Origin: Clostridia bacterium
GTDB taxonomy: Bacteria > Bacillota > Clostridia > Christensenellales > Aristaeellaceae
DNA length: 64,000 nt
Direction of reading: 5' to 3'
Assembly (NCBI GenBank): GCA_017516765.1
Contig: JAFXBE010000045.1
Location: forward strand, 25,102 to 89,101
The notes beneath the pieces were generated by a model. It saw nothing but the letters and a program-made list of their open reading frames with translations. It ran no database searches and was not told the DNA's origin. Within the stretch, counting starts at the first letter, position 1, and the number at the start of each line of letters is the position of its first letter. The position numbers and the translations under genes were made by a program. This document shows positions 8,875-17,910 of the stretch, one piece after another.

Positions 8875-8902
8875 AGACAAGTAACACCGGCTGTGCTATA
8901 CT
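8874..8902 (+). promoter_or_regulatory. sigma-70-type promoter of the uxuA operon
   Basis: TAGACA (8874..8879), 17-nt spacer ending GTGC, TATACT (8897..8902). It lies about 50 nt upstream of uxuA. Confidence 0.6.
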
Positions 8903-8952
8903 CAAACCATCCCATGTAACCCCTTTCTATCCACTACAGGAGGACGAGCGCC

Positions 8953-10026
8953 ATGAAAATGACATTCCGTTGGTACGGTTCCCAGAGCGACCCCATTAGC
9001 CTGAAGTATATCAAGCAGATCCCCGGCATGAGCGGCCTGATGGGCCTTCTGGACAAGCCCGCCGGTGTGGTCTGGGAAGAGGACGAGATCAAAGCGCTGG
9101 TAGACGAGGTACACGCTGCCGGTCTGGAATTTGAAGTTGTCGAGAGCGTGAACGTTCACGAAGACATCAAGATGGGTCTGCCCAGCCGGGACGAGTATAT
9201 CGCCAACTACATCACCACCATCCGCAACCTTGCCAAGTACGGCGTCAAGGTGATCATCTACAACTTTATGCCTGTGTTCGACTGGCTGCGTACAGACCTC
9301 GCCCGGGAGATCCCCGAGGACGGTTCCAACTCACTGTACTACAACGAGGCCGATCTGGGCGAAATGGGCCCCATGGAGATCGTTCGCCGCACCGCCGAAG
9401 ATTCCAAGGGCTTCACCCTGCCCGGCTGGGAGCCGGAACGCCTTGCCCTGCTGGAGACCACGCTGAAGCAGTACGAGGGCATCACCCCCGATATGCTGCG
9501 GGAGAACTACAAGTATTTCCTGGATGCTGTTATCCCCGTCTGTGAAGAAGTGGGCGTACGCATGGCCTGCCACCCCGACGATCCCGCATGGCCCATTTTC
9601 GGTCTGCCCCGCATTGCCCACAGCCAGGAGGATTTTGATAAGATCATTAAGCTGCACGACAGCCCCGCCAACACCGTATGCCTGTGCACCGGTTCTCTGG
9701 GCTCCAACCCCGAAAACGACATTCCTGCCATCATCCGCCACTTTGGCGAGATGGACCGTATCGGTGCCATGCACGTTCGTAACGTCAAGTTTCTGGGATA
9801 CCGCCACTTCCGCGAGGCAGCCCATCTGAGCAGCACCGGCGATCTGGATATGTTCGCCATCATGAAGGCCATCTACGACACCTGCCCCGATACCTATATC
9901 CGTCCCGACCACGGGCGCATGATCTGGGATGAGCAGGGCCGCCCCGGCTACGGCCTGTACGACCGCGCGCTGGGCGCCACCTACCTCAACGGTTTGTGGG
10001 AAGCCATCCAGCGCATGGACAAGTGA
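8953..10026 (+). CDS. uxuA: mannonate dehydratase (357 aa)
   Basis: The N-terminus MKMTFRWYG and overall length are typical of Firmicutes UxuA. AGGAGG lies 8 nt upstream. Confidence 0.88.
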   Translation: MKMTFRWYGSQSDPISLKYIKQIPGMSGLMGLLDKPAGVVWEEDEIKALVDEVHAAGLEFEVVESVNVHEDIKMGLPSRDEYIANYITTIRNLAKYGVKVIIYNFMPVFDWLRTDLAREIPEDGSNSLYYNEADLGEMGPMEIVRRTAEDSKGFTLPGWEPERLALLETTLKQYEGITPDMLRENYKYFLDAVIPVCEEVGVRMACHPDDPAWPIFGLPRIAHSQEDFDKIIKLHDSPANTVCLCTGSLGSNPENDIPAIIRHFGEMDRIGAMHVRNVKFLGYRHFREAAHLSSTGDLDMFAIMKAIYDTCPDTYIRPDHGRMIWDEQGRPGYGLYDRALGATYLNGLWEAIQRMDK

Positions 10027-10040
10027 AAGGAGACAATGCT

Positions 10041-11648
10041 ATGAAGCTCAACCATGAAAGCCTGAAGAACGCCGCCCAGTGGCAGCAGCTTGGGGTAAAG
10101 GTTCCCGCTTTTGACCGGGATGCCATGCTGGCTGCTACCGAAGAAAGCCCCGTTTGGGTGCACTTCGGCGCGGGCAACATCTTCCGCGGCTTCATCGCCG
10201 TGCTGCAGCAGCGGCTGCTGGAAATGGGTCTGGAGAAGAGCGGCATCATTGCTGCCGAGACCTTCGATTTCGATATCATCGACAAGATCTATGCCCCCTA
10301 CGACAGCCTGACCATGAACGTGACTCTGCGTGCAGACGGCTCCACCGATAAGGAAATCGTGGCTTCCCTTGCCAAGGGTCTCAAGGCCGGTACCGCCTTT
10401 GCGGAGGACTGGAACGCCCTGCAGGCCGCCTTTGAAAAGCCCAGCCTGCAAATGGCCAGCTTTACCATTACCGAAAAGGGCTATGCCCTGCGGGACATGA
10501 AGGGCAACCTGCTGCAGATCGTGAAGGATGATATGGCAGCGGGCCCCGATGCGCCCCATCACGCCATGGCCTGTGTGGCTTCCCTGATGTATGCCCGGTA
10601 TCTGGCAGGGGCAGCCCCCATTGCGCTGGTGAGCATGGATAACTGCAGCCACAACGGCGAAAAGCTGCGCCGGGCGGTGCTGGATGTGGCACAGGCATGG
10701 CAGGATGCCAAGCTGGTACCCGCCGGATTTGTGGAGTACCTGTCCGACGAAGAGAAGGTCTCCTTCCCCTGGAGCATGATCGACAAGATCACCCCCCGCC
10801 CTGCCGATGTCATCGCGCAGCAGCTGGAAGCGCTGGGCATCGAGGAGATGGGCGCGGTGGTCACAAGCCGCAACACCTACATCGCCCCCTTTGTAAACGC
10901 CGAAGCCCCTCAGTATCTGGTGGTGGAGGATCGCTTCCCCAACGGTCGCCCCGCGCTGGAGAAGGCCGGTGTGTATATGACCGACCGGGATACCGTAAAC
11001 GCCACCGAGCGCATGAAGGTGACCACCTGCCTCAACCCCCTGCATACCGCTCTGGCGGTGTTCGGCTGCCTGCTGGGCTATGATACCATCGCTGCCGAGA
11101 TGAAGGATCCCGACCTGAAGAAGCTGGTGGAGACCATCGGCTATGTGGAGGGCATGCCCGTCGTTACCGACCCCGGCATCCTCAACCCCGAAGATTTCCT
11201 GCGTGAGGTGCTCACCGAGCGTCTGCCCAACCCCTTCATTCCCGATACCCCCCAGCGCATCGCCACCGATACCAGCCAGAAGATCCCGATCCGTTTCGGT
11301 GAGACCATCAAGAGCTATATGATGAGCCCCACCCTGAACGCCGCCGACCTGAAGGCCATTCCGCTGGCGCTGGCAGGCTGGCTGCGCTATCTGCTGGCGG
11401 TGGATGACGAAGGCAAGCCCATGCCCGTCAGCCCCGACCCCATGATGGATTCCCTCAAGGCAGCCCTGGCGGCTGTGGAGCCCGGCGTGCCCACCAGCGC
11501 AAAGACCGCTTTGGAGCCCATCCTGAGCAACCCTGTCATCTTCGGCGTCAATCTGGTCAACGCCGGTCTGGCGGGTAAGGTGGAAGCCCTGCTCACCGAT
11601 ATGCTGGCAGGCCCCGGCGCGGTGCGCAAGGCGCTCAAGGCACTGTAA
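10041..11648 (+). CDS. mannitol dehydrogenase-family oxidoreductase, likely fructuronate (D-mannonate) reductase (535 aa)
   Basis: N-terminal Rossmann segment VHFGAGNIFRGF and C-terminal mannitol-DH domain (KVTTCLNPLHTALAVFG). It sits immediately downstream of uxuA. Substrate assignment comes from context only. Confidence 0.75.
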   Translation: MKLNHESLKNAAQWQQLGVKVPAFDRDAMLAATEESPVWVHFGAGNIFRGFIAVLQQRLLEMGLEKSGIIAAETFDFDIIDKIYAPYDSLTMNVTLRADGSTDKEIVASLAKGLKAGTAFAEDWNALQAAFEKPSLQMASFTITEKGYALRDMKGNLLQIVKDDMAAGPDAPHHAMACVASLMYARYLAGAAPIALVSMDNCSHNGEKLRRAVLDVAQAWQDAKLVPAGFVEYLSDEEKVSFPWSMIDKITPRPADVIAQQLEALGIEEMGAVVTSRNTYIAPFVNAEAPQYLVVEDRFPNGRPALEKAGVYMTDRDTVNATERMKVTTCLNPLHTALAVFGCLLGYDTIAAEMKDPDLKKLVETIGYVEGMPVVTDPGILNPEDFLREVLTERLPNPFIPDTPQRIATDTSQKIPIRFGETIKSYMMSPTLNAADLKAIPLALAGWLRYLLAVDDEGKPMPVSPDPMMDSLKAALAAVEPGVPTSAKTALEPILSNPVIFGVNLVNAGLAGKVEALLTDMLAGPGAVRKALKAL

Positions 11649-11662
11649 GGGGCTGGTGCAAG

Positions 11663-12349
11663 ATGCGCATTTTGCCCCGCAAAGAACGGGAAAACAACCG
11701 TGATTATGCCCTGCGCAATCTGCGGGAAAATATCATCCATCTGGATCTGCCGCCGGGCAGCCGCATCAGCGAAAACGATCTGTCCGCCCAATTGGGGCTT
11801 TCCCGTACTCCCGTACGGGAAGCCCTGATGGAGCTGGCACGGGTGCGGCTGGTGGAGGTCTATCCCCAAAGAGGCAGCGCCATTGCCCTGATCGACGACG
11901 ATCTGGTGGAGGAAGCACGCTTCCTGCGCAGCGTCATGGAATGCGCCGTGGTCAAACTTGTTTGCGAAATGGTCACCGAGCAGGATTTGCTTCTGATGAT
12001 GGAGAATGTTACCCGGCAGGAGTATTGCCTCGCGCAGGGGCAAAGCGACCGGCTGTGGTATCTGGACGGTGCGTTTCACAGCATGCTGTTCCGCATAGCC
12101 CGCAAAGCCCAGACCCATGCTTTGATGGCTGATATGACGCTGCACTTCGACCGTGTGCGCAACATGACGCTGAACACCGTGGAAAACAGCGCTATCGTAA
12201 ACGATCACAAGGCCATCGCGCAGGCCGTCGCCAAACGGGATGCCGATGCCGCGGGCGAGGTGATGAGCCTGCATCTGAGCCGCTATCAGGTGGATAAAAC
12301 TCACCTGTTGGAGCATTACCCCAGGGAATTCTTCAAACAATCCTGCTGA
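11663..12349 (+). CDS. GntR/FadR-family transcriptional regulator (228 aa)
   Basis: Winged HTH (ISENDLSAQLGLSRTPVREALMELA) plus an FCD-type C-terminal domain. Confidence 0.88.
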   Translation: MRILPRKERENNRDYALRNLRENIIHLDLPPGSRISENDLSAQLGLSRTPVREALMELARVRLVEVYPQRGSAIALIDDDLVEEARFLRSVMECAVVKLVCEMVTEQDLLLMMENVTRQEYCLAQGQSDRLWYLDGAFHSMLFRIARKAQTHALMADMTLHFDRVRNMTLNTVENSAIVNDHKAIAQAVAKRDADAAGEVMSLHLSRYQVDKTHLLEHYPREFFKQSC

Positions 12350-12381
12350 TCTGTGAACACCAGCATAAAGGAGCAACCACC

Positions 12382-13170
12382 ATGCCGTTTTTGTACGAGA
12401 CCCATCTGCACACCTGTCAGGGCAGCGCCTGCGGTACCTCCACCGGTAAGGAGCACGCCCGCTATTACAAGGAGATCGGCTATCAGGGTATTATCGTGAC
12501 CGACCATTTCTTCGGCGGCAACACCGCCGTGCCCCGGGATCTGCCCTGGAAGGAGCGGGTGGAATGGTTCTGTTCCGGCTACGAGGATGCGCTGGCAGAA
12601 GGGCAGAAAATCGGTCTGGATGTGTTCTTTGGCTGGGAGCAGAATTTCAACGGCGACGAATACCTTATCTACGGTCTGGACAAGGCATGGCTTCTGGAGC
12701 ATCCGGAGATGGAACACTGGAACCGCCGCCGGCAGATGGAAGGCGTACATGCCGCAGGCGGCTGCGTGGTACAAGCCCACCCCTTCCGCATGCGCAGCTA
12801 TATGAGCCACATCGGGCTGGGGCTTCGGTTCTGCGATGGCATTGAGGCAGCCAACGGCGGCAACGATGCCCTGCAGGACGCGGCTGCCTGCCGCTATGGG
12901 CAGGAATTCGGTCTGCCCATGATAGCAGGCTCCGACAATCATCTGAGTGCACCCGGTAAATGGGAGGCGGGGCAGATCTTCGGCATTGCGCTGGAAGAAA
13001 AGCTCACCTCCATCCACGATTTGGTGGGCATCATCCGGGAGAAAAAGCCCATTGGGCTGATCAAGCCGGAAAACCGGTTCAACGTACCGCCCGATGCCCC
13101 GGAACCCTTCGCCTACTGGCTGGACGAAAACGAAAAGCTGGTAGCCGCGGAGCGGAACTGGCTGGCGTAA
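12382..13170 (+). CDS. PHP-domain metal-dependent phosphoesterase (262 aa)
   Basis: N-terminal ETHLHT motif, then VTDHF and GSDNH, typical of the PHP (histidinol-phosphatase-like) fold. Confidence 0.75.
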   Translation: MPFLYETHLHTCQGSACGTSTGKEHARYYKEIGYQGIIVTDHFFGGNTAVPRDLPWKERVEWFCSGYEDALAEGQKIGLDVFFGWEQNFNGDEYLIYGLDKAWLLEHPEMEHWNRRRQMEGVHAAGGCVVQAHPFRMRSYMSHIGLGLRFCDGIEAANGGNDALQDAAACRYGQEFGLPMIAGSDNHLSAPGKWEAGQIFGIALEEKLTSIHDLVGIIREKKPIGLIKPENRFNVPPDAPEPFAYWLDENEKLVAAERNWLA

Positions 13171-13178
13171 GAACACAT

Positions 13179-13219
13179 AAGCCCTCTGTGTATGCATTGG
13201 CATTCTGCGCAGAGGGCTT
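13179..13219 (+). terminator. stem-loop terminator after the uxu operon
   Basis: AAGCCCTCTG...CAGAGGGCTT stem followed by TGTT. Confidence 0.55.
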
Positions 13220-13247
13220 TGTTATCGAATTAGAGAGGGAAAGGAAT

Positions 13248-13775
13248 ATGCACCACCGGATCATCGTCTGCGGCGGCAACGGCGCAGGCAAAAGCACCCT
13301 TGGCAAAGCATTGGCGCAGGCGTTGTCGCTGCCTTTTCTGGATATTGAGGATTACTATTTTCCCAAAACGGACGAGCGGTATCTCTATGCTGTGCAAAGA
13401 AGCACGGAGGAGGCAATCTCACTTCTTCAGAGGGATGTTGAGTGGTTGGACGGCTTCGTGCTGGCTGCGGTCAAAGCGGACTATACACCTGCAATCGGCG
13501 AGCGGTTTACCTGCGCTGTGTTTGTAGAGGTGCCCAGAGAAACCAGAATGCAGCGTGTGCGGGAACGCTCCTATCGGAAATTCGGCGACAGGATGCTCCC
13601 CGGCGGCGATCTGTACAGCCGGGAGCAACGCTTCTTCCAGTTGGTGGAAAACCGCACTGAAGACCCCATCCGCAACTGGCTGTCGTCCCTTTCCATCCCG
13701 GTGATCTCTGTGGATGGGCGCAGACCACCGGAGAAAAACGTGCAGGCGGTCATCGACAGCCTGCCGCATGCATAA
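13248..13775 (+). CDS. P-loop NTPase / small-molecule kinase-like protein (175 aa)
   Basis: Walker A CGGNGAGKST lies at the N-terminus. Start MHHRIIV is preceded by GAGAGGGAAAGGAA. The longer ORF-track start overlaps the PHP gene. Confidence 0.7.
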   Translation: MHHRIIVCGGNGAGKSTLGKALAQALSLPFLDIEDYYFPKTDERYLYAVQRSTEEAISLLQRDVEWLDGFVLAAVKADYTPAIGERFTCAVFVEVPRETRMQRVRERSYRKFGDRMLPGGDLYSREQRFFQLVENRTEDPIRNWLSSLSIPVISVDGRRPPEKNVQAVIDSLPHA

Positions 13776-13777
13776 CC

Positions 13778-13810
13778 AAACAGCCGACCGAAATGCCCGG
13801 TCGGCTGTTT
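13778..13810. terminator. bidirectional terminator
   Basis: AAACAGCCGACCG-aaatgcc-CGGTCGGCTGTTT, a 13-bp perfect stem with A/T runs on both sides. Confidence 0.8.
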
Positions 13811-13823
13811 GTCTGTTCATCTC

Positions 13824-15179
13824 TTACAGGTTTTCGCCGTTGCTCTCGATCACGCTTCTGTACCAGTAGGCGGAATCCTTCAGGGTGCGCTGCTGGGTGG
13901 CATAGTCCACGTGGATGAGACCGAAACGCTCGGTGTAGCCGTGCGCCCACTCGTAATTGTCCATCAGCGACCAGTGGAAGTAGCCCAGCAGATCCACACC
14001 GTCTTCGGCAGCCTTTTTGTAGGCCAGCAGATAGCGATTGAGGAAATCCTGCCGGTTGGGGTCGTGCACCTTGCCGTCCAGCGATACGGCATCGTGGGCG
14101 GAAAGCCCGTTCTCCGTAATGATGATGGGGGTCTTGTACCGCTCGTAGAGCAAACGGGGGCCCCAGTAGAGGCATTCGGGGGTGATGGGCCACTGGATGG
14201 CGGTCTTGGGCACGCCCACCGGCAGGGGCAGCTGCTCGTAGCCAAGGGCATTGTCGGCAGCTTTGTAGTACCGCCCCTGATAGATGTTCTGGCCGTAGAA
14301 ATCCAGCGGCTGGCAGATCAGCTTCAGATCCTCCTGCCAGCCCTTGGGCAGGTGCTGTTCCAGATGGCGCAGACCGCTTTCCGGGTAGCTGCCCAGCATC
14401 ACAGGGTCGCTCCACCATGCCGCGCTGAAAGCCCAGCCCTCTTCCGATACATCGAAATATGCCTTGCGGGCTGCCTCCAGATCTTCGGGGGCAGTGGTGG
14501 CGGGCATGCAGGGGTTGGCGCAGGGAGCATAGCCCACCCGAACCTCCGGCACAAGGGTGCGCAGCGCGCGAGTGGCTGCACCGTGCGCCTTCATAATGTT
14601 GTGCGCCATGGGTACCAGAGAGATGTCCGGCAGCTTCAGCCCGGGGGCGTGGAAGCCGGTGGCATAGCCGTGCCCGTGGAATACCTGCGGCTCATTGAGG
14701 GTGATGAAGTCCTTTACCCGGTCGCCGAAGGCGCGGGCGCACAGGGCAGCATATTCCTCGAACCACTTGGCGCTGTCGGGGTTCTCCCATGCGCCCTGCA
14801 TTTGCAAAGCGGCGGGGTAGTCCCAGTGGAACAGCGTTACAAAGGGACGGATGCCGTTTTTCAGCAGTTCGTCGATCAGACGGTTGTAGAAGTCGATGCC
14901 TTTCCGGTTTACTGCGCCCTTGCCTTCGGGCAGCAGCCGGGGCCAGCAGAGGGAAAAACGGTACGCCTGAAGACCGATCTGCTTCATCAGCCGCACATCG
15001 TCTGCGTAGCGGTGGTAGTGGTCGCAGGCCACATCGCCGGTGTGCCCTTCCATGATCTTGCCGGGTACATGGGAGAAACGATCCCATACCGAAAGACCCT
15101 TGCCGTCTTCAAAAGCTGCGCCCTCGATCTGGTAGGAGGCGGTGGCTGCGCCCCAGAGAAAATCTTTGCGGAAACTCAT
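13824..15179 (-). CDS. GH1 beta-glucosidase / beta-glycosidase, cytoplasmic (451 aa)
   Basis: FLWGAATASYQIEGA, acid/base TLNEP, nucleophile ITENG. Start MSFRKDF is preceded by AAGGAG. There is no signal peptide. Confidence 0.92.
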   Translation of the reverse strand: MSFRKDFLWGAATASYQIEGAAFEDGKGLSVWDRFSHVPGKIMEGHTGDVACDHYHRYADDVRLMKQIGLQAYRFSLCWPRLLPEGKGAVNRKGIDFYNRLIDELLKNGIRPFVTLFHWDYPAALQMQGAWENPDSAKWFEEYAALCARAFGDRVKDFITLNEPQVFHGHGYATGFHAPGLKLPDISLVPMAHNIMKAHGAATRALRTLVPEVRVGYAPCANPCMPATTAPEDLEAARKAYFDVSEEGWAFSAAWWSDPVMLGSYPESGLRHLEQHLPKGWQEDLKLICQPLDFYGQNIYQGRYYKAADNALGYEQLPLPVGVPKTAIQWPITPECLYWGPRLLYERYKTPIIITENGLSAHDAVSLDGKVHDPNRQDFLNRYLLAYKKAAEDGVDLLGYFHWSLMDNYEWAHGYTERFGLIHVDYATQQRTLKDSAYWYRSVIESNGENL

Positions 15180-15354
15180 ATGCGTATGCTCCTTGTCAGG
15201 TATGCTCAAGCCGTTTTCCGGCTTGCTTTGTGACACTATAATATAGAAAGGATCGGCTGTCAATAAGTTTTTTGCAATACAATCGCAGCAGGAAAACGTC
15301 GATGAAAAGCGAATGATACAACCATCAGAACAACCAAATCAGGAGGGAATCCCC

Positions 15355-16257
15355 ATGAGCAATACCCGCAAGAGCAGCTCGTCCGATGTGATCACCCGCG
15401 CCTATCTGGACAGCCTGCTGGTGGAGATGCGCCACATCGACAGCGTGCTGCCTTCCACCGAGATGACCCTTTACGGCAAAACCTTCAAGACCCCCGTGAT
15501 GACCGCCGCCCTTTCCCATATGGGCAATGTATACCCCGACGGTATGGCAGAGATGGCCAAGGGCGCATACGATGCCGGTGCGGTATGCTTCTCCGGCATG
15601 GGCAGCATGGAAGAACTGGACGGCATGCTGGCCACCGGTGCGTCGGTGGTCAAGATCATCAAGACCTATGCCGACCGGGACAGCGTGTTTGCCAAGATCG
15701 CCCATGCGGAAAAAAGCGGCGCATTGGCTGTGGGCATGGATATCGACCATGCCTTCCACCATCAGAATGATTACGACTGCATCGAGGGCATGGAGATGCG
15801 TCCCATCACCCGTACCCAGCTGGAGGAGTATGTCAAGTCCACCAAGCTGCCCTTTGTGGTCAAGGGCGTGCTCAGCCGTCAGGATGCCCGCAAATGCGCC
15901 GAAGCCGGCGTGCAGGGTATGATCGTCTCCCATCACAACGGCAGACTGGACTATGCCGTACCCCCGCTGATGATCCTGCCGGAGATCCTGAAGGAAACAG
16001 AGGGCAAGATCCCCCTGTTTGTGGACTGCAGTCTGCAGACCGGTATGGATGTGTTCAAGGCGCTGGCATTGGGCGCAACGGCATGCTGCATCGGCCGTCC
16101 CCTGCAGAAGCGGCTGGGAGAAAGCGGCAGCGATGGGGTAAAGAGCGGCATCGAAGAGATCACCCGCCAGCTGCGCTACACCATGGCCATGACCTGCTCG
16201 CCCGATCTGGGCAGCATCGACCCCACGGTGGTGCGCCCCGGCTCCTTTACTTGGTAA
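15355..16257 (+). CDS. FMN-dependent alpha-hydroxy-acid dehydrogenase/oxidase family protein (300 aa, short form)
   Basis: TIM-barrel FMN motifs VVKGVLS, VSHHNGR and DCSLQTGMDVFKALALGA. AGGAGGG lies upstream of the ATG. Confidence 0.75.
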   Translation: MSNTRKSSSSDVITRAYLDSLLVEMRHIDSVLPSTEMTLYGKTFKTPVMTAALSHMGNVYPDGMAEMAKGAYDAGAVCFSGMGSMEELDGMLATGASVVKIIKTYADRDSVFAKIAHAEKSGALAVGMDIDHAFHHQNDYDCIEGMEMRPITRTQLEEYVKSTKLPFVVKGVLSRQDARKCAEAGVQGMIVSHHNGRLDYAVPPLMILPEILKETEGKIPLFVDCSLQTGMDVFKALALGATACCIGRPLQKRLGESGSDGVKSGIEEITRQLRYTMAMTCSPDLGSIDPTVVRPGSFTW

Positions 16258-16276
16258 TACAGGAGGAATAACAGCT

Positions 16277-17116
16277 ATGAGACTTGGCGGTTCCGTTATG
16301 AAGCCCTACAACAGCCCGGAAGAGTGGCTCGCCCACGTGCGGGAACTGGGCTACAGCGCAGTGATCTTTCCCGTAAACTCCGATGCGTCCGCAGCTGTGC
16401 GCAGGGCGTATCTGGATTGTGCAAAGGCCAACGACCTGCTCATCGGCGAGGTGGGTGTATGGAAGAACCTGTTTTCGCCCAACAAAGCCGAAGCGGACGA
16501 GGCTTTTGCCTATTCCGTCAAACAGCTGGAACTGGCGGAGGAGGTAGGCGCGCGCTGCTGCGTAAACATCAGCGGTTCCTTTGGCGAGCATTGGGACGGT
16601 TACCACCCCGACAATTATTCCAAAGCCACTTACGAGCGCATCGTGGAGATCTCCCGCCGCATCATCGATGCGGTAAAGCCCACCCGCACCACCTATTCGC
16701 TGGAGCCCATGCCCTGGATGGTGCCCGACAGCCCGGAAGCCTATCTGCAGCTTTTGAAGGATGTGGATCGGGAGGCCTTTTCCGTTCATCTTGATTTTAC
16801 CAACATGATCAACAGCGTACAGCGGTATCACGAGCGGGATGCCTTTGTAAAGCATTGCTTCGAGCTGCTGGGGCCCCATATCGTCAGCATCCACGCCAAG
16901 GATGTGCGTATGGGCGCAGGCGACCTGCCCTGCAGCATTCTGGAGGTGCAGCCCGGCGAGGGTGTGATGGATCTGGCGGCGGTATGCGGCTATGCCGAAA
17001 AACTGGGCGCAGATACCCCTGTATTCGTCGAACACCTGCCGGATCACGACAGCTATATGCGGGCTGCCGCCCATATGCGCAGTGCGGCAAAGGCTGCCGG
17101 CGTAACGGTCAAGTAA
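16277..17116 (+). CDS. sugar phosphate isomerase/epimerase (xylose isomerase-like TIM barrel) (279 aa)
   Basis: AP-endonuclease-2/xylose-isomerase-like pattern (SLEPMPW, HAKD, VEHL). AGGAGG lies upstream. Confidence 0.7.
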   Translation: MRLGGSVMKPYNSPEEWLAHVRELGYSAVIFPVNSDASAAVRRAYLDCAKANDLLIGEVGVWKNLFSPNKAEADEAFAYSVKQLELAEEVGARCCVNISGSFGEHWDGYHPDNYSKATYERIVEISRRIIDAVKPTRTTYSLEPMPWMVPDSPEAYLQLLKDVDREAFSVHLDFTNMINSVQRYHERDAFVKHCFELLGPHIVSIHAKDVRMGAGDLPCSILEVQPGEGVMDLAAVCGYAEKLGADTPVFVEHLPDHDSYMRAAAHMRSAAKAAGVTVK

Positions 17117-17130
17117 GCGTATCCCAAACA

Positions 17131-17167
17131 AAACAGGCATGCGGTTCACAGAACTGCATGCCTGTTT
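17131..17167. terminator. bidirectional terminator between convergent genes
   Basis: AAACAGGCATGC-N13-GCATGCCTGTTT, a 12-bp perfect stem. Confidence 0.75.
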
Positions 17168-17171
17168 TCCA

Positions 17172-17885
17172 TTATTCCCGAACCCCGCTCAGCTGGGGCT
17201 GCGCCGGATAGCGGGCGGGTACCGTGTGGAATTCTCTCGTCAGCTCCTGTTGCAGGTCGTAGCCTGCGGGCATTTCCTCTTTAAGGGCATTCAGACGGCT
17301 CACGCTTACTTCGTAAGCAACTTTGGTAACCACCGTGCCGTCGGGCAGCTGCTTCTGATAATTCCGGCTCTGGAAGCGGCCCACCAGCTGCACCTTGTCG
17401 CCGGTTTTCAGCCCCACGGCATAGCGGGCGGTGCGTCCCCAGGTAATGCAGGGAATGTAATCGCTTTTGCCATAAGAGCGGTTCACCGCCAGCATCAGAT
17501 CGGCGATCTCCCGCCCGAATGGGGTGGTGCGGTAGCTGGGCGGCTTGCACAGCGCACCGGTCAAAAGCACCCGGTTTGGGTTTTCGTCATTGTCCTCCGG
17601 CAGAAGCCGCTGGGCAAAGGCGGTAATGAGCAACCGCCCCGAGCCCTCCACGATCTTGTTATAGCTGCGCAGCTGCCCCTCCATACACAGCAGACTGCCT
17701 GCGGTAATGTCGGTATCCAGCAGCAGTCTTTCGCTGATGGTGATGGGCAGAAAATCCTCTGCACCGCTCAGTCTCGGTACCCGTAGTGTGGTGGTGTAGA
17801 ACTGCTCCCCGAACAGCTCGTGACCGAATTGAAGGTTCTGGCATACATGCCCACGCAGATGAATGATGTTTCCCGTTTCTTCCAT
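17172..17885 (-). CDS. SSB-like protein with two tandem OB-fold halves, no acidic C-terminal tip (237 aa)
   Basis: Both halves have an SSB-like pattern (first: LRGHV...FYTTTLRVPRLSG...DFLPITIS...EGQLRSYN; second: LTGALCKPPSYRTTPFGREIADLMLAV...DYIPCITWGRTA...LVGRFQSRNY). GAGGTGAG lies upstream of MEETGN. Confidence 0.6.
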   Translation of the reverse strand: MEETGNIIHLRGHVCQNLQFGHELFGEQFYTTTLRVPRLSGAEDFLPITISERLLLDTDITAGSLLCMEGQLRSYNKIVEGSGRLLITAFAQRLLPEDNDENPNRVLLTGALCKPPSYRTTPFGREIADLMLAVNRSYGKSDYIPCITWGRTARYAVGLKTGDKVQLVGRFQSRNYQKQLPDGTVVTKVAYEVSVSRLNALKEEMPAGYDLQQELTREFHTVPARYPAQPQLSGVRE

Positions 17886-17910
17886 GTTTCTCACCTCATG
17901 ATGGCTTTGG

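Noticed and set aside
8893-8902. A recurring GTGCTA motif immediately upstream of or overlapping the -10 hexamers. It occurs at uxuA 8893..8902, XRE 53906..53915, APH-like 3105..3114, DUF3877 1071..1080, and the cysK and tRNA promoters on the minus strand.
   Set aside because: This is explained by the known TRTGn extended -10 (-16 region) preference of Firmicutes housekeeping promoters. I used it as supporting evidence for the promoter calls, not as a new regulatory motif.
12960-13247. The long N-terminal extension of the P-loop protein ORF (start 12960).
   Set aside because: It overlaps the 3' end of the PHP gene in another frame and crosses the stem-loop at 13179..13219. ATG 13248 has a purine-rich SD and places the Walker A at the expected N-terminal position.
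13809-15233. A 474-aa plus-strand ORF opposite the GH1 gene. Similar cases are the 35101..36645 ORF (514 aa) and other plus-strand ORFs opposite the anti-sigma genes.
   Set aside because: These are antisense in-register artefacts. The minus-strand frames carry clear GH1 motifs (NEP, ITENG), or SD-coupled starts with TM topology, whereas the plus-strand translations are featureless.
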